From positions 1,426,001 through 1,490,000 of the forward strand of contig JANHCV010000004.1 of assembly GCA_025594325.1 (NCBI GenBank): a DNA stretch of 64,000 nt. Direction: 5' to 3'. A program made the position numbers and the translations under genes. This stretch comes from Blastocladiella emersonii ATCC 22665. Lineage: Eukaryota; Fungi; Blastocladiomycota. Positions 23,419 to 36,116 of this stretch are shown piece by piece (the stretch's first letter is position 1; each line of letters opens with the position of its first letter). The notes below the pieces were generated by a model. That model was not told where the DNA came from. It did no database searches and saw only the letters and a list, made by a program, of their open reading frames with translations.

Positions 23419-26400
23419 CTATGGCCCGCCTCGTGGTCCCGCCGGCGCCGTGCTTCCTGGTGGTGGCGCGTCGATCCGCGGCGACGACGCGCTCCTTGGC
23501 GACCCGCCCACTTCTCCTGCGGCACCGCTGGGAGCGAGCCCGGGCCGCGGATCCGGCGGGAGCGCCGACGAGCTCGAGTGGCCATGCCCGTGGCCGCTGA
23601 CACTGGCCGTCGACGGGACCGACCCGCGCGTATCCGTCGTCCCGACGCGCGTCTCGGGTCCCTGCCACACGACCGGGGCGGGTTGCGCCTGCGCGGCCAT
23701 GGCCCCGATGAACCCCGCGAGGTTCGAGTCGGAGATGGACGCGCGCCGCATCATAGGCCGCGGGCCGAGCCGCGATGCGGCCGGCGACGCGAGCGGGCTG
23801 CCGATCGGGCTACCGCCGCTGCCGCTCATGTCGCGCGACACGAGCGGCGTCGACTCGGAGTCGGCCTCGGAGTTGGCCGACAGGTGCGAGTCGCCCGACC
23901 GGTAGTGCGCGGCGCCCGTGCTCCCGTCGCCGAGCGGCGACGCGAACACGCGGACAGAGGGGACAGCGAGCGGCGAGCGGGCTGCTCCTGCGCTGGGCCC
24001 GGGCGATGGCGGTGCAGTGAGACCCGACTGCTGCTGGCGGAGCTCGACCCGCCTTGGCTCGCCGAGCGCGACGGGCGAGATCTCGGCCCGCCACTCTTCC
24101 TCGCTCATGCTCGCGGACCGCGATGTTCCCGACGAGCTCCCGCTGCTGCTCCCGCTCGACACGCGCTCGCGCAGCCGGCTCGACACGGGTGGCGTGAATG
24201 TCGGCGTCACCGTGCGTCGGTTGTTGTTAACCGCGGGGCGGAACGATGAGACCGAGGACAGGTTCGACGAGGAGGTCGACGAGCGACCGCCGCCGCCACC
24301 GCCCCGCCCGCCGCTCGTCGACCGCCGGTGCTCGGGCGCTGCAGTGCCGCGTTCTGGGTCCGAGCTGGTGCTCGGGCTGTGCGTCGGGCCACCCTCGCTG
24401 CTGCCGCTGCCCGTGAGGTTGATCCGGAGCATGCTCGCGGCGCGCGCCGCGGCCTTGACGACCTTATCGCGGACGAGGTCGGTGCGCGACCCGAGGTTCC
24501 TGCGCGACCCGAGCAGCGAGCGGGACCCGCCGACGGTACTCCCGCCGCCGCCGGGCGCGAGCCCGAGCGTCGACCTTGCCGCGACCGACGTCCGCGACGC
24601 GTACCTTGACGCGTTGCGCGACGACAGGATCTGCTCCTCGGTGTTGATCATGGCGTTGTGCAGCTCGCGGTTCTGCATGTCCTCGAGCGACGCCTGGTGC
24701 GCCGACGCGATCCGCTGCTCCTCGGAGCTCGGCACCGCGAGCTGCGCCACCGTCACGATCTGGTCCTGCAGCGCGGCCGACGCCGACGACGGCGCGTTGG
24801 CGAGCGCGAGCCACGTCGGCTGGCTCGTGCCCAGCCGCACCACGCCGTCGCCGTCTACGGGTGCCAGGTGCTGCGACGCGCCCCACGTCGGGTTGAGCTG
24901 TCGCCGCGCGCCGCCGTGGTCGGCCGTCCCACCGCCGCCGCCCGAGCCGGACAGGGACAGCGAGCTCCCGCCGCGCGACCGCGGCGGCGGCGTGTTGAGC
25001 GTCGGCTTGAGCCCAGTCGCGACCCCGCTGGGCGCGTGCGGCGGTGCGTGTGGGGCCGCGATCCCGCTGCTTATCGACGTTCCGGCGGCCGTGCTGCTCG
25101 AGATGGTGAGCGACGAGGACGGCGGTGGTGCGCCAAGCGCCACGGCGCTCCGGATTGGGCGCGACGGCGACGCGCCGCTGCTGCTGGACGCCACGTTGTT
25201 CTCGGAGACGAGCTTGGTCACGATGACGGCGGCCTCGCGCACCGTGTGCAGCGTCTCCTCGCTGACCGCCTGCAGGTCGACGGCCGGAACCGACAGCGCG
25301 CTCGCGGCCGCGGACGGCGGCGAGTAGGGCGACGGCGACTGCAGGTGCTGCTGCTGCTGCTGCTGCGTCGGCGGGGAGTAGACTGCTGGCGGCGGCTCGG
25401 TCTCGAGGTTCGCGTCGTGCGCCTGCGTGAGCATGGCCTCGGACGCGGTCTGCAGGTTGACCATGGGGATCCGCGCGTCCGAGTTGGGCGCGAGGAGCGG
25501 GCCCGACCGCGGAGAGCTGGTGCCCGTGGTCGACCCGAGCGGCGCGTCGGGCACGAGGTTGTTGGCGAACTCGGTGCCTTCGGCTTCCTGCTGCTCCGAC
25601 ATGAGCGACTGCCCGCTGGCGAAGGTCGCGCTCATGCGGCGCACGAGGCCGCGGACCGTCAGCGACCCGCGCCGGTCGCCGGCGCCGCCAGCACCGCTGC
25701 CGCCCACGCTCTTCGGGTCGCTGAGCGTCACCGATGACCGGCGCGGCGCAAACACCGTGTTCGGGTGCAGGTGCGTGTGCGGGCTCTCGTTGGTCGCGAG
25801 GCTCGGCGGGACGTTCGACACGTACGAGCTGCGCTGGGCGCGCCGGCTCTCGTCCTTTTCGAGCTTCTTGTAGATGGACGCCTGGATCGACCGGTTGATG
25901 GCCGGAAAGTACGGCAGCACTAGGTCGAGGTCGTGCTTGTGCAGGATCGTCAGGATCATGTTGGACCGCGACCGGATCGTCGCCGTGCGCCGGCACGCCA
26001 TGAAGACCGAGATCTCGCCTACACGCGGTGGCGGTTTAGAGAGAAGTGGTTGTGGTCGTGCGAGGGGAAATGGCGTACCGAACCAGGAGCCCTTGCCCAG
26101 CACGCCGACTACGACGGGCATGCCCGACTCGTCGTCAATTACCTCGCAGTACCCGCGCTTGATGATGTACAGCTCGCGCCTACACGCATACAGACGAGTG
26201 GTGAGATGCGAAAGCCGTCGCTCTCTCACAAGCACCCGTACCCCCAGTCGCCCTTGGTCACAATGAGCTCGTTGGGCGGGATGAACCGCTCCTTGATGTA
26301 GCTCGACAGGGCGCGGAAGAAGGACTCCTCGCAGTCCTGGAACAGCGGGATCGCGCGGAACATGTGGATCGTCGCCTGCGACATGATGTCGGTGCGCGCC

Positions 26401-27687
26401 GAGTACGGCAGGTGCTCGAGGATGTGGCTCCCGTCGGCGAGTCCGTTCGAGTTGCGCCAGATGAGCTGGAAGTGCCGCTCGATGCGCTTGATGAGTATGT
26501 CCTCGATCTTGCGGTCCGTCGCGTACTCGAGAATCGTGAGGACACGGTTGCGGTAGTGGATCTTGTGCGAGATGCTACATGCGCGCGAGTGGGTGAGTGG
26601 GGTGGTGATGGCCACGGGCAGCAGGGTGAGGGCGAACCTGTTGGTGACGATGGCCGTGCACTTGGCCGTGATGTACGCCACGATGAGGCGGCCGGAAGTG
26701 CGCATATAGCTCGTCACGGTGCGCTCCTGCTCGGTGAAAGTGCGCTGCTGCGCGTACCGGTACGAGAAGAGGACTACGGGCGAGCGGCGCGGTGAGAGAT
26801 CAACGACCTCGTTGCACCCGGATCGTCCGGAGCGGGAACGTACGGTTGACGGAGCGGTACACGGACAGCCCGTACGCCTGGACGAACGGAATCGCGTGGA
26901 GGTTGGTGCCCTCGTTCCAGCTCCAGGTGCGGTAGTCGGCGGTGAAGGCGCCCGGGATGGCGGCGCTCCATGTGAGGCACGCGATGACGTGGATGGTGAT
27001 GAGGGCGAGGAACAGCAGGTAGGCGATGCGGACGCGCAGGCCGCCGACGGACAGCAGGTCGACGGTGCTGCGGAACCAGCGCACGATCTTGATGATGATA
27101 ACAAGGCGGTTCGAGTTGAGCCACAGCCACACGTCCTGCTTGCGCCACGGCACGGGCGGGGCGCCGTTGCTCAGGTCGATGCTGTCGTCGAGCTGCGCAA
27201 ACACGTTGAAGATGAAGTAGGTCGGCGTGATGTACAGCAGGTCGATGAGGAACCGCGACCGGAAGTACTGCCGGCGCAGCTCGCGGCGGTCGCGCGTGAT
27301 CTGGCCGTCGGCCGTGATGACCGCGCCGTTGAGCGCCATGGCAATGTCGGTGAAGGTGAGCAGCAGCGCGAGGTAGATGACGATCGACGTCGGGTGCGAG
27401 CTCGGCAGCCGGAACGCGATCTGGAACGGCGTCAGGAACGCCACGACGAACGACAGGATCATGTGCAGCCACTCCCAGTGCTGGCGCGCCGGCGACGTCG
27501 GGTCCTCGATGAGCCGCCGCCAGTACTTTCGCACCCGCCGCTTGAGCTTGGCGAACCGCAGCCGCGTGCGCACCCGCAGGTGCCGCACCGGCTCCTGCAG
27601 GAAGGTCGCATCGGGCAGCGATATCGACGGCCGCGGCGTGAGCGACCCGCGCTTGTTGAGCAGGAACCCCGGCGGTATTGGTGGCAT
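23419..27687 (-). CDS. Cyclic-nucleotide-binding-domain cation channel (CNG/KCNH/HCN superfamily), divergent; at least 5 exons, ~800-aa low-complexity C-tail
   Basis: 6-TM region (ARQHWEWLHMILSFVVAFLTPFQIAF; YFRSRFLIDLLYITP), C-linker (LEHLPYSARTDI), CNBD (IPLFQDCEESFFRAL..ELIVTKGDWG|RELYIIKRG..GKGSWF|GEISVFMACRRTATIRS). ATG at 27687. Confidence 0.88.
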
Positions 27688-28382
27688 GGGCTCGGCAGCG
27701 GGTAAGGCAGGACGGGTGGGTGGGGAAACGAGTTGAGATCGGGGTCGAGGAAGCGATGGTCGGGACAGCGGCGCGAGCAATCGGGCGAGTAGGTCGTTGA
27801 TGCCAGCAGCGAGTGTAGATTCATGGGCATGCAAGATCAATGCGGGGAGTGTCCATGTCGAGGTGCGTTGCGTTGCTAGTCCATGTGCATCGGTGGTAGT
27901 GGACTTTGCCCGGTGCGTTCGTTCTCCAGCTGACGCGCGCGGGTGGCACAGCGGCGGCCGTGGTGGCGCGTGGATGGATGGATGGAGAGGGAGACACACG
28001 GCCGACCGTCGCCCCGCTCGCGAGGAGCGCGTTCTTGTCGATTGCAGTTCGCCCGCAGCTCGTGCCGCTGGGGCGCGGGTCAGGGCCCGAGTCAGGGAGG
28101 GCCGCGATATGGTTCGAATTGGCATGCGGCTTGTCCCAAACTGAGACGCGCGACATGACCTGCTCGGCGGCCTCCGTCGACCGCCGGAGCGAGCACGCGC
28201 CGGGAGACGCGTCGCGAGACGCGTCGAGGTATCACGTGGCCCGTTTCGATCCCAACTCACCGATCGCGAGCGCTGATCGCGCTTATATGCAGAGAAATGG
28301 GGAAGGTAGTACGGTGTTGTTAAACGGAAGTAAATATCAAATGACTAGACAAGGTAGCACGAGCGAGCGAGGCCGGCGGCGA

Positions 28383-30458
28383 TCAGACCATGAGGCCGAG
28401 GCGGTTCAGGTCGATGGCCGCGTCGCGCGCCGCCGTGTTGCCCGAGTCGTGCTGCATGACGTAGTTGATCGTGGCCGCGGCGTGGGCGCGGAGGAACCGC
28501 CACTCGGTCGGGAACGCGGACGCGATGTTGGCGGCCGCCGCCTGCTCGAGCACCGCGCTCACGGGCCGCGTGCCGGCATGCGGCGCCCACAGCCCCTCGC
28601 CGCGCGGCTCGAGCGACAGGGCGAGCCACAGGTCGAACACGGCGGCCGACGCGGTCGTGATCGGGAACATTGTCTGCTGCTGCTGCTTCGAGCCGCCCGG
28701 TGGGCCGAGCAAGAGGAGGCCGAAGAGCCCGAGCTGCGCCTCGGCGTTGACGAGGAGCGCCTGGTACAGCCGCGTGTCGGCGCGCTTTGCCACGTCGGCG
28801 GCGACCGCGGCGGCCGTGGCGGCGATCTGCGGCGGCGCGATGAGCTCGCTGCGGCCCGTCGCGGTGCCGGACGGCGACTTGTGCACGGCCTTGATCCAGT
28901 CGAGAATGAGACACGCGAACGCCGACGGCGCCGCGCGCTTCTCGGCCTCGGTCATGCGCGGACTGTTCACCGAAAGCATGTACGCGGTCACGTCGGGGCG
29001 ATGGTCGGCCGACGCGTCCTCGAGCTTGACGCACCGCAGCAGCTTGCGGCCGAGCGTCGCGGGCGCCGCCTCGTCGCCGCTGTCGCCGAGCACGTAGCGC
29101 GCGGCCGAGTACAGGTTCAGGATTTCCTTGAGCTTGGCCGACGTGGCCGCCGGGTCAAGGGCGACGCGGGGCGACGTTGCGCGCGCGCCTGGGGCCGGGC
29201 CAAACTTCTTGGCGGGCTTGGTCGGGTCCTTGACCCGCATGCGGACCGGGCTGCGCGGCGGGGACGTGGACGCTGACGTGGCCAGCGTGGGCGGGGTCTT
29301 GGTCGTGGGCACCGGCGGCGAGGTCGAGCCCGGGTGCTGGTGCTGGTGGACGGGGACCGGGTAGTACATCACCACAACGGGCATGCCGGCAGCACCAGCG
29401 CCGCCAGGAACACCGCCGCCCATGGCCATGATCTGGTTGAGGTCAGGCATCTGGCCGTACATCGGGCTCGGGACCATGTACGCGGGCGACGCGGCGTTGG
29501 GCGACGTCGAGCGCACGTCGTCGGGGCGCGGCGGCGGGGTCCAGCGCGGCGCGTGCGTGTGCGACGCGTGGCCGTGCTGCTGCTTCGGGTACTGCGGCTG
29601 GTGGTGCGGCGGGATCGGCGAGGTCGCGCGCCACTCGCGGTCGGGCGACGCGGACTGGGCCCGCGGCTGCGCCGGCGGGGTCTCGGTCTTGTGCTGCGCG
29701 CGGTGGCGCGACTTACCCGTGTCCGACTTGACGTTGCCCGCGAGCGACGGCGCGGACCCCGTCAGGCGCAGGTCCGAGTAGTCGCGGACCGGGCGCGGGT
29801 CGGCGAGCGGGCGCGACGCCTGGTACTTGGGCGACTGCGACTGCTGGCGGTTCGGGATCGCGATCGACTTGTCCTCGGACCGCCACGGGACGGCGGCGGG
29901 CTTGGACCCGGCGGCCGCCGTGCTCGGGCGACGCGTCGCGGGCGGCGTCGTGGTGAAGGCCTCGCCGCGCAGCGGGGACGTGGTGCGGGTGGGTTGGATC
30001 GAGTCCGTCGATGCAGCAACGGCCGAGAGCTCGGGCGCGCTACCGTGGACGCCTACGCGTCGAGCGTGAAGTGTGTGTGAGTCGAGTGTTCGCGCTCGCG
30101 ACGCATTCGAGAGACGCTCACCGGCCGACGACAGGTCAGCGCTACCGGGCGGGCGCGGCGACTCGGGGACGTCGACGTCGAGCTCGAGCTCCGACTCGCG
30201 CCGGATGCCGCCGCCGACCGACAGCGGCGAGGGCCTCGACGGCGCTGCGGCGGACGCGGGCGCATCGCTGAGAACGCCCTCGGCGGCGGCCGAGTAGGAC
30301 GGGTGCACTGTGAGCGAGCTCATGGACGCCTCGATCGACGCAGTGCCCGAGTCGACGTCTTTGCCGGGCGGCGCGCCGGCGGCGTCGGCCTCGGCGGGGC
30401 GCAGCGCCGCAGTGATGTCGGCCGTGATGAGCGTCGGCGGGGTATCGTGCGGGTCCAT
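28383..30458 (-). CDS. Hypothetical 691-aa protein: Ser/Pro-rich N-terminus plus a helical C-terminal domain, possibly a degenerate RhoGAP-like fold
   Basis: Long single-exon ORF with coding codon bias. The C-terminal pattern ACLILDWIK..ELIAP..RLYQALL...LGLFGLLL..AAVFDLW only loosely resembles RhoGAP helices. Confidence 0.6.
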   Translation of the reverse strand: MDPHDTPPTLITADITAALRPAEADAAGAPPGKDVDSGTASIEASMSSLTVHPSYSAAAEGVLSDAPASAAAPSRPSPLSVGGGIRRESELELDVDVPESPRPPGSADLSSAGERLSNASRARTLDSHTLHARRVGVHGSAPELSAVAASTDSIQPTRTTSPLRGEAFTTTPPATRRPSTAAAGSKPAAVPWRSEDKSIAIPNRQQSQSPKYQASRPLADPRPVRDYSDLRLTGSAPSLAGNVKSDTGKSRHRAQHKTETPPAQPRAQSASPDREWRATSPIPPHHQPQYPKQQHGHASHTHAPRWTPPPRPDDVRSTSPNAASPAYMVPSPMYGQMPDLNQIMAMGGGVPGGAGAAGMPVVVMYYPVPVHQHQHPGSTSPPVPTTKTPPTLATSASTSPPRSPVRMRVKDPTKPAKKFGPAPGARATSPRVALDPAATSAKLKEILNLYSAARYVLGDSGDEAAPATLGRKLLRCVKLEDASADHRPDVTAYMLSVNSPRMTEAEKRAAPSAFACLILDWIKAVHKSPSGTATGRSELIAPPQIAATAAAVAADVAKRADTRLYQALLVNAEAQLGLFGLLLLGPPGGSKQQQQTMFPITTASAAVFDLWLALSLEPRGEGLWAPHAGTRPVSAVLEQAAAANIASAFPTEWRFLRAHAAATINYVMQHDSGNTAARDAAIDLNRLGLMV

Positions 30459-30711
30459 GGAGTCCGAGGCGGCGGGCAGCTAGTGTGCGAGTGTGGCGCG
30501 CGCGGGGGAGAGCGGAAGAGCGGGAAGAGAGGGGAGGGCGGACAGGCAAGTTTGCGTACGTGGGACGGGAGCGGTGTGACGCTGATGACCAACGCGTCGC
30601 GCTCAGCCCGCGTGTTTCAAAACAAACGCGTTTTCGCCTCACGTGCAAACGACCCGATTCCACCCAACTCGCGCAAAATAAGGTGAAAATCTTTGATCAT
30701 GGATTCGTTCA

Positions 30712-33700
30712 TCATGGGACCAGATGCTGGGTCGACGGCGACGTCTGGTCGTTAGACCCGAGCGCGCGGCCGAGCCGGCTTCCGCCGCTGCTGCTCGAGT
30801 CCGTGACAGCCGCCGCCGCCGGGTCGGCCTCGCGCCGTCGCAGCTGCAGCGTCTCGAGCAGCGCGCGGCCAATCTGCTGCGACCGCCACCCGTTGGTCGA
30901 GACCGCCGCGGGAGGCGGGCTTCGCGCATCGCCGCTGCTGGCCACGAGCGGCGACGTCGTGTGCGACATGGCCGAAGGCGGCGCGCTCCAGTCGCCGCGG
31001 TCGTGCGCCGACGTGTTGGGTGTCGACGGCGGCGTCGACGTCGACAGCGACGCGTGGTGGTTCTCGAACGCCTGCGTCGACGTGGCGTGAAGCAGGCCGC
31101 GCGTCCCGTCAATGCTCGCGCTGCTCACCTGGCTCAGCGGCCGCGCGCCGTACTGCGCCGGGCTCGGGATGCTGTGCCGCGACCTTCCGCCGCCGCCGTT
31201 GCTCGAGACCGGCGCGGTCGGCTGTAGCAGACGCAGCGAGTCCGATTGCACCGACGAGGTCGCCGGCGACGTTGATGCGGCAGGCGCGGCAAACTCGCGC
31301 ATCGGGATCCGGTCCATGACGGGCTCGCTGGTCCCGTTCGGCAGCAGCGTGGCCTCGTTGCGCACGTAGATGGACGGCCCGCACAGTTCGCCGCCGTCGT
31401 GTCGCGGGTCGCCCATGCCCGATGCGGGGCCGTTACGGATCACCGGGTCCGAGCTCGTCAGGAGCCCCGTCTTGACGCGCGCCACGCCGCGGTCGTGCGG
31501 GAGAGTGGCCGCCGCGGGCTTGCCGTCGAGCGCGGTGGTGGCCATGCCGGGCTTTTCTGGCGGCAGTCCGCCGGCTGGAGCCGCAGAAAAGGACGAGCTC
31601 CGCGCACCGGCCGCCGGCCAGCCCGCGCCGCTGCCGTCGGGACCGAGCGAGACGGCGCGGCTCGTCCGCCGTGCCAGCGTCGCGACCTTGGACCCACCCG
31701 GCATGGGCAGCACCCCGCCGACGCGGCCGAGCGTGGTCGCGAGCGGGTGGACGCTGACGACGGGTTCCTGGAACCGGCGCGCGGCCATGATGCGCGACGG
31801 CTTGAGGTGATTCTCGATGGGCGGGACGATGCGTGAGCCGAGAATGCCAATCGACAGCGACACGGCGATCAGGATGACCTGGAACGCGAACGTCGACCCG
31901 CCGCCAAAGTTGGTCGAGTCAATGAGCTGCATGGTTGAGCGGACACCCTATACACGCACATGGAGTTAGTTGATGGCGCTCGGGTGATGAGACGCGAGTC
32001 AGTGCGCACCATGGAACCGGGGACGAGGAGCAGGATGCCGCCGAGCAGCGGCGCGATGGCCGGGTTGCCCGTGACGCGGCTGTACAGGTTGGCGATGATC
32101 CCGACGGCGAACGAGGCGCACACGGACGCGGCGTCGGGGCTGACCTTGATGCTGTCGAACCAGTAGCTGAGCCAGAAGGCGACGAACCCGCAGAACATCA
32201 TGATCGGGATCTGCTGCGGCGCGGCGCGCATCGCCGCCGACAGCGCGAACGTGAACACGACGAGCAGGCCCATGGCGAAGTAGATCCAGTACGGCGACGA
32301 GCTGACGGCGACGTGCGACGCGCAGCTCGTGAAGACGGGGACCAGCTCGCCAGCCACGCGCACCTCGCCCGCGAGCCCGACGTACGCGTTGTATCCCGTG
32401 ATGATCCCGAACGCGATCACCAGCGACTTGACGAGCCCGGACATGAGCCGCGTGGTCCCGGACACGACGTGGCCCGACGTCATGTCGACCATGCCCGCGC
32501 ACAGCGTCAGGCCCGGCAGCTGGTTGAGGATCCCGCTGATGGTCAGCGTGCGGTAGCACACCTCGAGCCCGGGCACGCCGAGCAGGTCGCCGACCACGGG
32601 CGTGTACTTGAAGATGAACAAGCCGACGAACCCGCACAGGAACGAGCACAGCGGGTCCTCGACCAGCCGCAGCGCATTCACGCGGTACGTGACGACGAGC
32701 AGCAGCTGCACCGCGAGCGACAGGATCCCGGCCGCGAAGAAGTCGACCCAAGACCCGCCGAACGCCAGCGGCGCGATGAAGGCGCTGCTCAGGATGCTCG
32801 CGCACCGCCCGCCCCACAGCGTGCACCAGAACCACCGGTTGCGTCCGTCCGGATCGTTCGGGTCCGAGGTGGGAGAGTAGTCGGTGATCAGCACGTCGAG
32901 CCGGTCCGTAGCCACCTCGAGCGGGACCACGCGACACGCCAGATCGCGGCACAGCCGGTTCGTCACGTACAGCCGGCCCATGTCGTAGTCCTGGTGCAGC
33001 GGCAGCGCGAGCGTCTCGGCCGCCGATGCGCGCGACGTCAGGTGCGGCGGCGCCTCGAGCGTGATGAGGATCAGGCTCGGGAGCGTTGCGAAGGTCGCGG
33101 GCACGTCGAGCGTCTCGGCCGTCGTGTACAGGAGGTATCTACACGGCGTGCGTGGTCAGCGTCTCGGGCTTGAGCAGCAGTACGAAAGTGACATACTCGA
33201 GCCGATGCGACGGCGCGCCGAAGATGGACAGGGCCTCGGCGAGGCGGATGAGAAAGTATCGCTTGATGTAGAACGGGTCAATGACCGACTCGTCGCTCTC
33301 GGTGCGGTGGAGGTCGCCGCTCTCGTCGTAGCCGTTGGCCGGATCCTCCTCCTCCTCGAACCGCGCAAACGGACCATTCGCCGAGGGCGGCGCCTGCTGC
33401 TGGTCGTTGCTCCGGCGCGACATCATGGACTGCGCGTCGCCCGAGGCCCCGCCGCTCGGCAGCAGTCCGTGCGACGAGGCGCCCTTCATCGAGAGCCGAT
33501 CGAACGGCTTGAGCGACGCGTTCGCCGCCTTGACGGAGATCCCGCCGCTCCCGCCGTTGGGCCCAATGAGCGCGTCGTTGGACGTGGTGGTCATGGCCGA
33601 GACGGACGCCTCGGTGCGGGTCGGCATCCCCGACGACAGCAGGTCCTGCGAGCCCATAGGGATCGAGAACATGGACGGCGTCTTGTTCTGCAGCCGCGAG

Positions 33701-35244
33701 TTGCGCTGCACGTCGTTGGACGACCCGCCGCGGATGAACGGGACGTGGTTGTTGACGAAGATCGGACGCGCCGCAGAGTACCGCGGCGACCCCTCGCCGC
33801 CGATGCGCGGCGAGCTGCCCGTCAGCCCGATCGGACTGCGAACCGACCGCGGCTTGGTCGCCGACAGGTTCGGCGACGGGATCGGCGCCGGTGCGGGGGG
33901 CAGCGGCGTGCCTGCACCGGTCGAGGTCCCCGACGCGCCGGCCACGGCCGCGCCCGTCTGGTCGTGCACGTCAATGTACGTCGCCTTGGTCAGCGTCTCC
34001 GAGTACCCCGGCTCGGTCTGCGTCCGCTGGTGCGCACGCCGCGGTATGCTGCTCCGCGCCGCGGCCCCGTCGTCGAAGCCCGGCTGCACCGGCGACGTGG
34101 GCGACGAGTCGGTCGCGAGCGGGACGAAGTGGCTCATGACGCCGAGCGTCGTCCGCAGCACGCTCGACATGGGCCGCGGCTCGGACGACACGACGGCCGA
34201 GCGCGACCGGTCCCTTAGCGCGGCCGTGATGAAGCCCGCGAGACTCGTGTGCGGCGAGGCCGGCGTCGCGGGCGGTGGGACGGGGGTTAGGGCGGCGGCG
34301 GTCGACGGCGTCGCGGTTGTGGTGGTTGCGGTCGCGGCCGTGTCGGGCGGGGTCACGGATGCGCCGTGCGACAGCGTGCTCGGCGAGGTCACGATGGTCG
34401 ACACGGGCCGGTGGTGGCGCAGCACCGAGCGCGTCTTGGCGTTGAGCGAGCGCGATCGGCTGAGCCCCGCGGCTGGATCGCCCGACTGCTCCGCGGCGCC
34501 GCTGCCGGCTCCGGGGTCGGGCAGGTCGATGTGGTGCTCGTGGTGGTGGTGGCCGTGGCCGTGGCCGTGGTGGTGGTGGCCGTCGGCGCTCAGGCGGCGG
34601 CTCTTGGAGGACGACCGCGACCCGCGGCGCTGCGGCGAGTGCGCCCCGTCGCCGGTCGTGTCCGACGGGCCCGAGTTGGAGTTGGACCGCGAGTGCGAGC
34701 GCGAGGGTGACGAGTTGGAGTTGGAGCGCGAGTGTCGCGTCGACCGGGACCGCGAGAGACCCGCCGACGGCGAGGCGCTTCGTGGCGGCATCGACGGGGC
34801 TGCCGTCGCTGCGTGTACAGCCTCGACCACAGGTTGCGCGGTGGCTGCCGGTTCGCGCACAGCAGCGGCAGTCGGCGTGATGGGGTCCTGCGCGGGCGAT
34901 CCGCGGGGGCTGCTGCGCTTAGATTGCGAGTCGAGGTTCCCGGCCACGCTCAGCGAGAGTCCGTGGCTGTGCTGGACGTGGCGGTCCTCCTCGGCGATGG
35001 TCATGAGCGAGGGCACACTCTGGCTTCGGACCGGCCGCGCCGAGCGCGAAGGCGGCGAGACCCACTGGGCGTAGTCGGCGCTCCCGCGGCGAGGCGTCAG
35101 GGGCGGATTGGTCGGGGCCGGCATGATGAAAGGGAGCGGCGGGGTCAGGGGCGGCGTGTCGCCGGCCGTGGCATCGGCGGACTGGGCCGGGGCCTGCTCG
35201 TTGGCCGGCCTGCCTGGACCGGTCCCATTCATGGCAAAGTTCAT
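30712..35244 (-). CDS. PRM10: ThrE/DUF1212 family membrane protein (Prm10-like); 3 exons, long disordered N- and C-termini
   Basis: RYFLIRLAEALSIFGAPSHRLE|YLL, YDMGRL, SGILNQLPGLTLCAGMVD..GHVVSGTTRL, ILLLVPGSM|GVRS. Multiple TM helices. Confidence 0.85.
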
Positions 35245-36116
35245 GTGAGGTGGTAGTGCGAGGTGGCGGGCGACGCGTATCGCGGACGCGCGCGTGATGG
35301 ACGGCTACGCGTCGTAGTCGTTGGCGATGCTGGAAGTCGGGCGCCAGTACTCGGCGCAAGTAGTCATGGCGAGCCAGTGGGCGGTCCTCAGCTTCACACC
35401 GGGCTCGAGATCTGATGCACGCTCGCACACGGGTGGATTGGGACGTGGCATCGAATCGCCCGAGGGCCCACACCCCGTCCGCGTCTCTGGAGACATTTTG
35501 GCGCGAGGTGCGAGGCGAGCGCGTGCGGCGGGTGCATGTGTGCATGGGAGACGCGTTTTGCGTTGTTCGCGCGCGCAGGGGAGCGCGGCGGCGGGTGAGG
35601 CAGGTTGGAGACGCGCCGCGAAATCGCGTGACGGGCTGCCACGCCTCTCGCCGGCCGACTGTTCGCGAAGATCGCCAACGCGTCGCTTTTCGCGGCCGAG
35701 CTGACTCGACCGGCCGACCCGACTCGCCCGCTCGCTCCCGCTGACGCCAATCCGCTGCAACGCTACGCATCACGCACGCACCCAACGCACCCGCAGCAAA
35801 CTTCCTGCAAGCGCCACCCGCCGCGCTGCATCTCGTCCCGTGCCCGCCGCGTTTGCTAGTACGGCACCGAGCCTGCTGCCGCTTTCGCTCCTCTCTCTCC
35901 CCTCGGCATCTCCGTATCCATGTAACTGGGCTCTTCGCTGCCCTCGAATCACTCGCTCCCGCCTCCCTGCCCGCCCCGTCCCCCCGTCGATCGCCTCGTT
36001 GCACCCCGCGAGGCCCACAGCAAGGTCCCAAACTGACGCAACTACTCGACTTTCTCGCGTGCCTCATCGGCCACCCTCGCAGAAAGCAGCCCAAGAACCG
36101 CCATCTCGCCTCTACC

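Noticed and set aside
25340-25365. (CAG)n and similar trinucleotide runs
   Set aside because: Ordinary poly-Gln/Ala/Ser tracts inside low-complexity coding regions.
28105-28125. GGTTCGAAT B-box-like sequence (tRNA?)
   Set aside because: No A-box, acceptor stem or cloverleaf around it.
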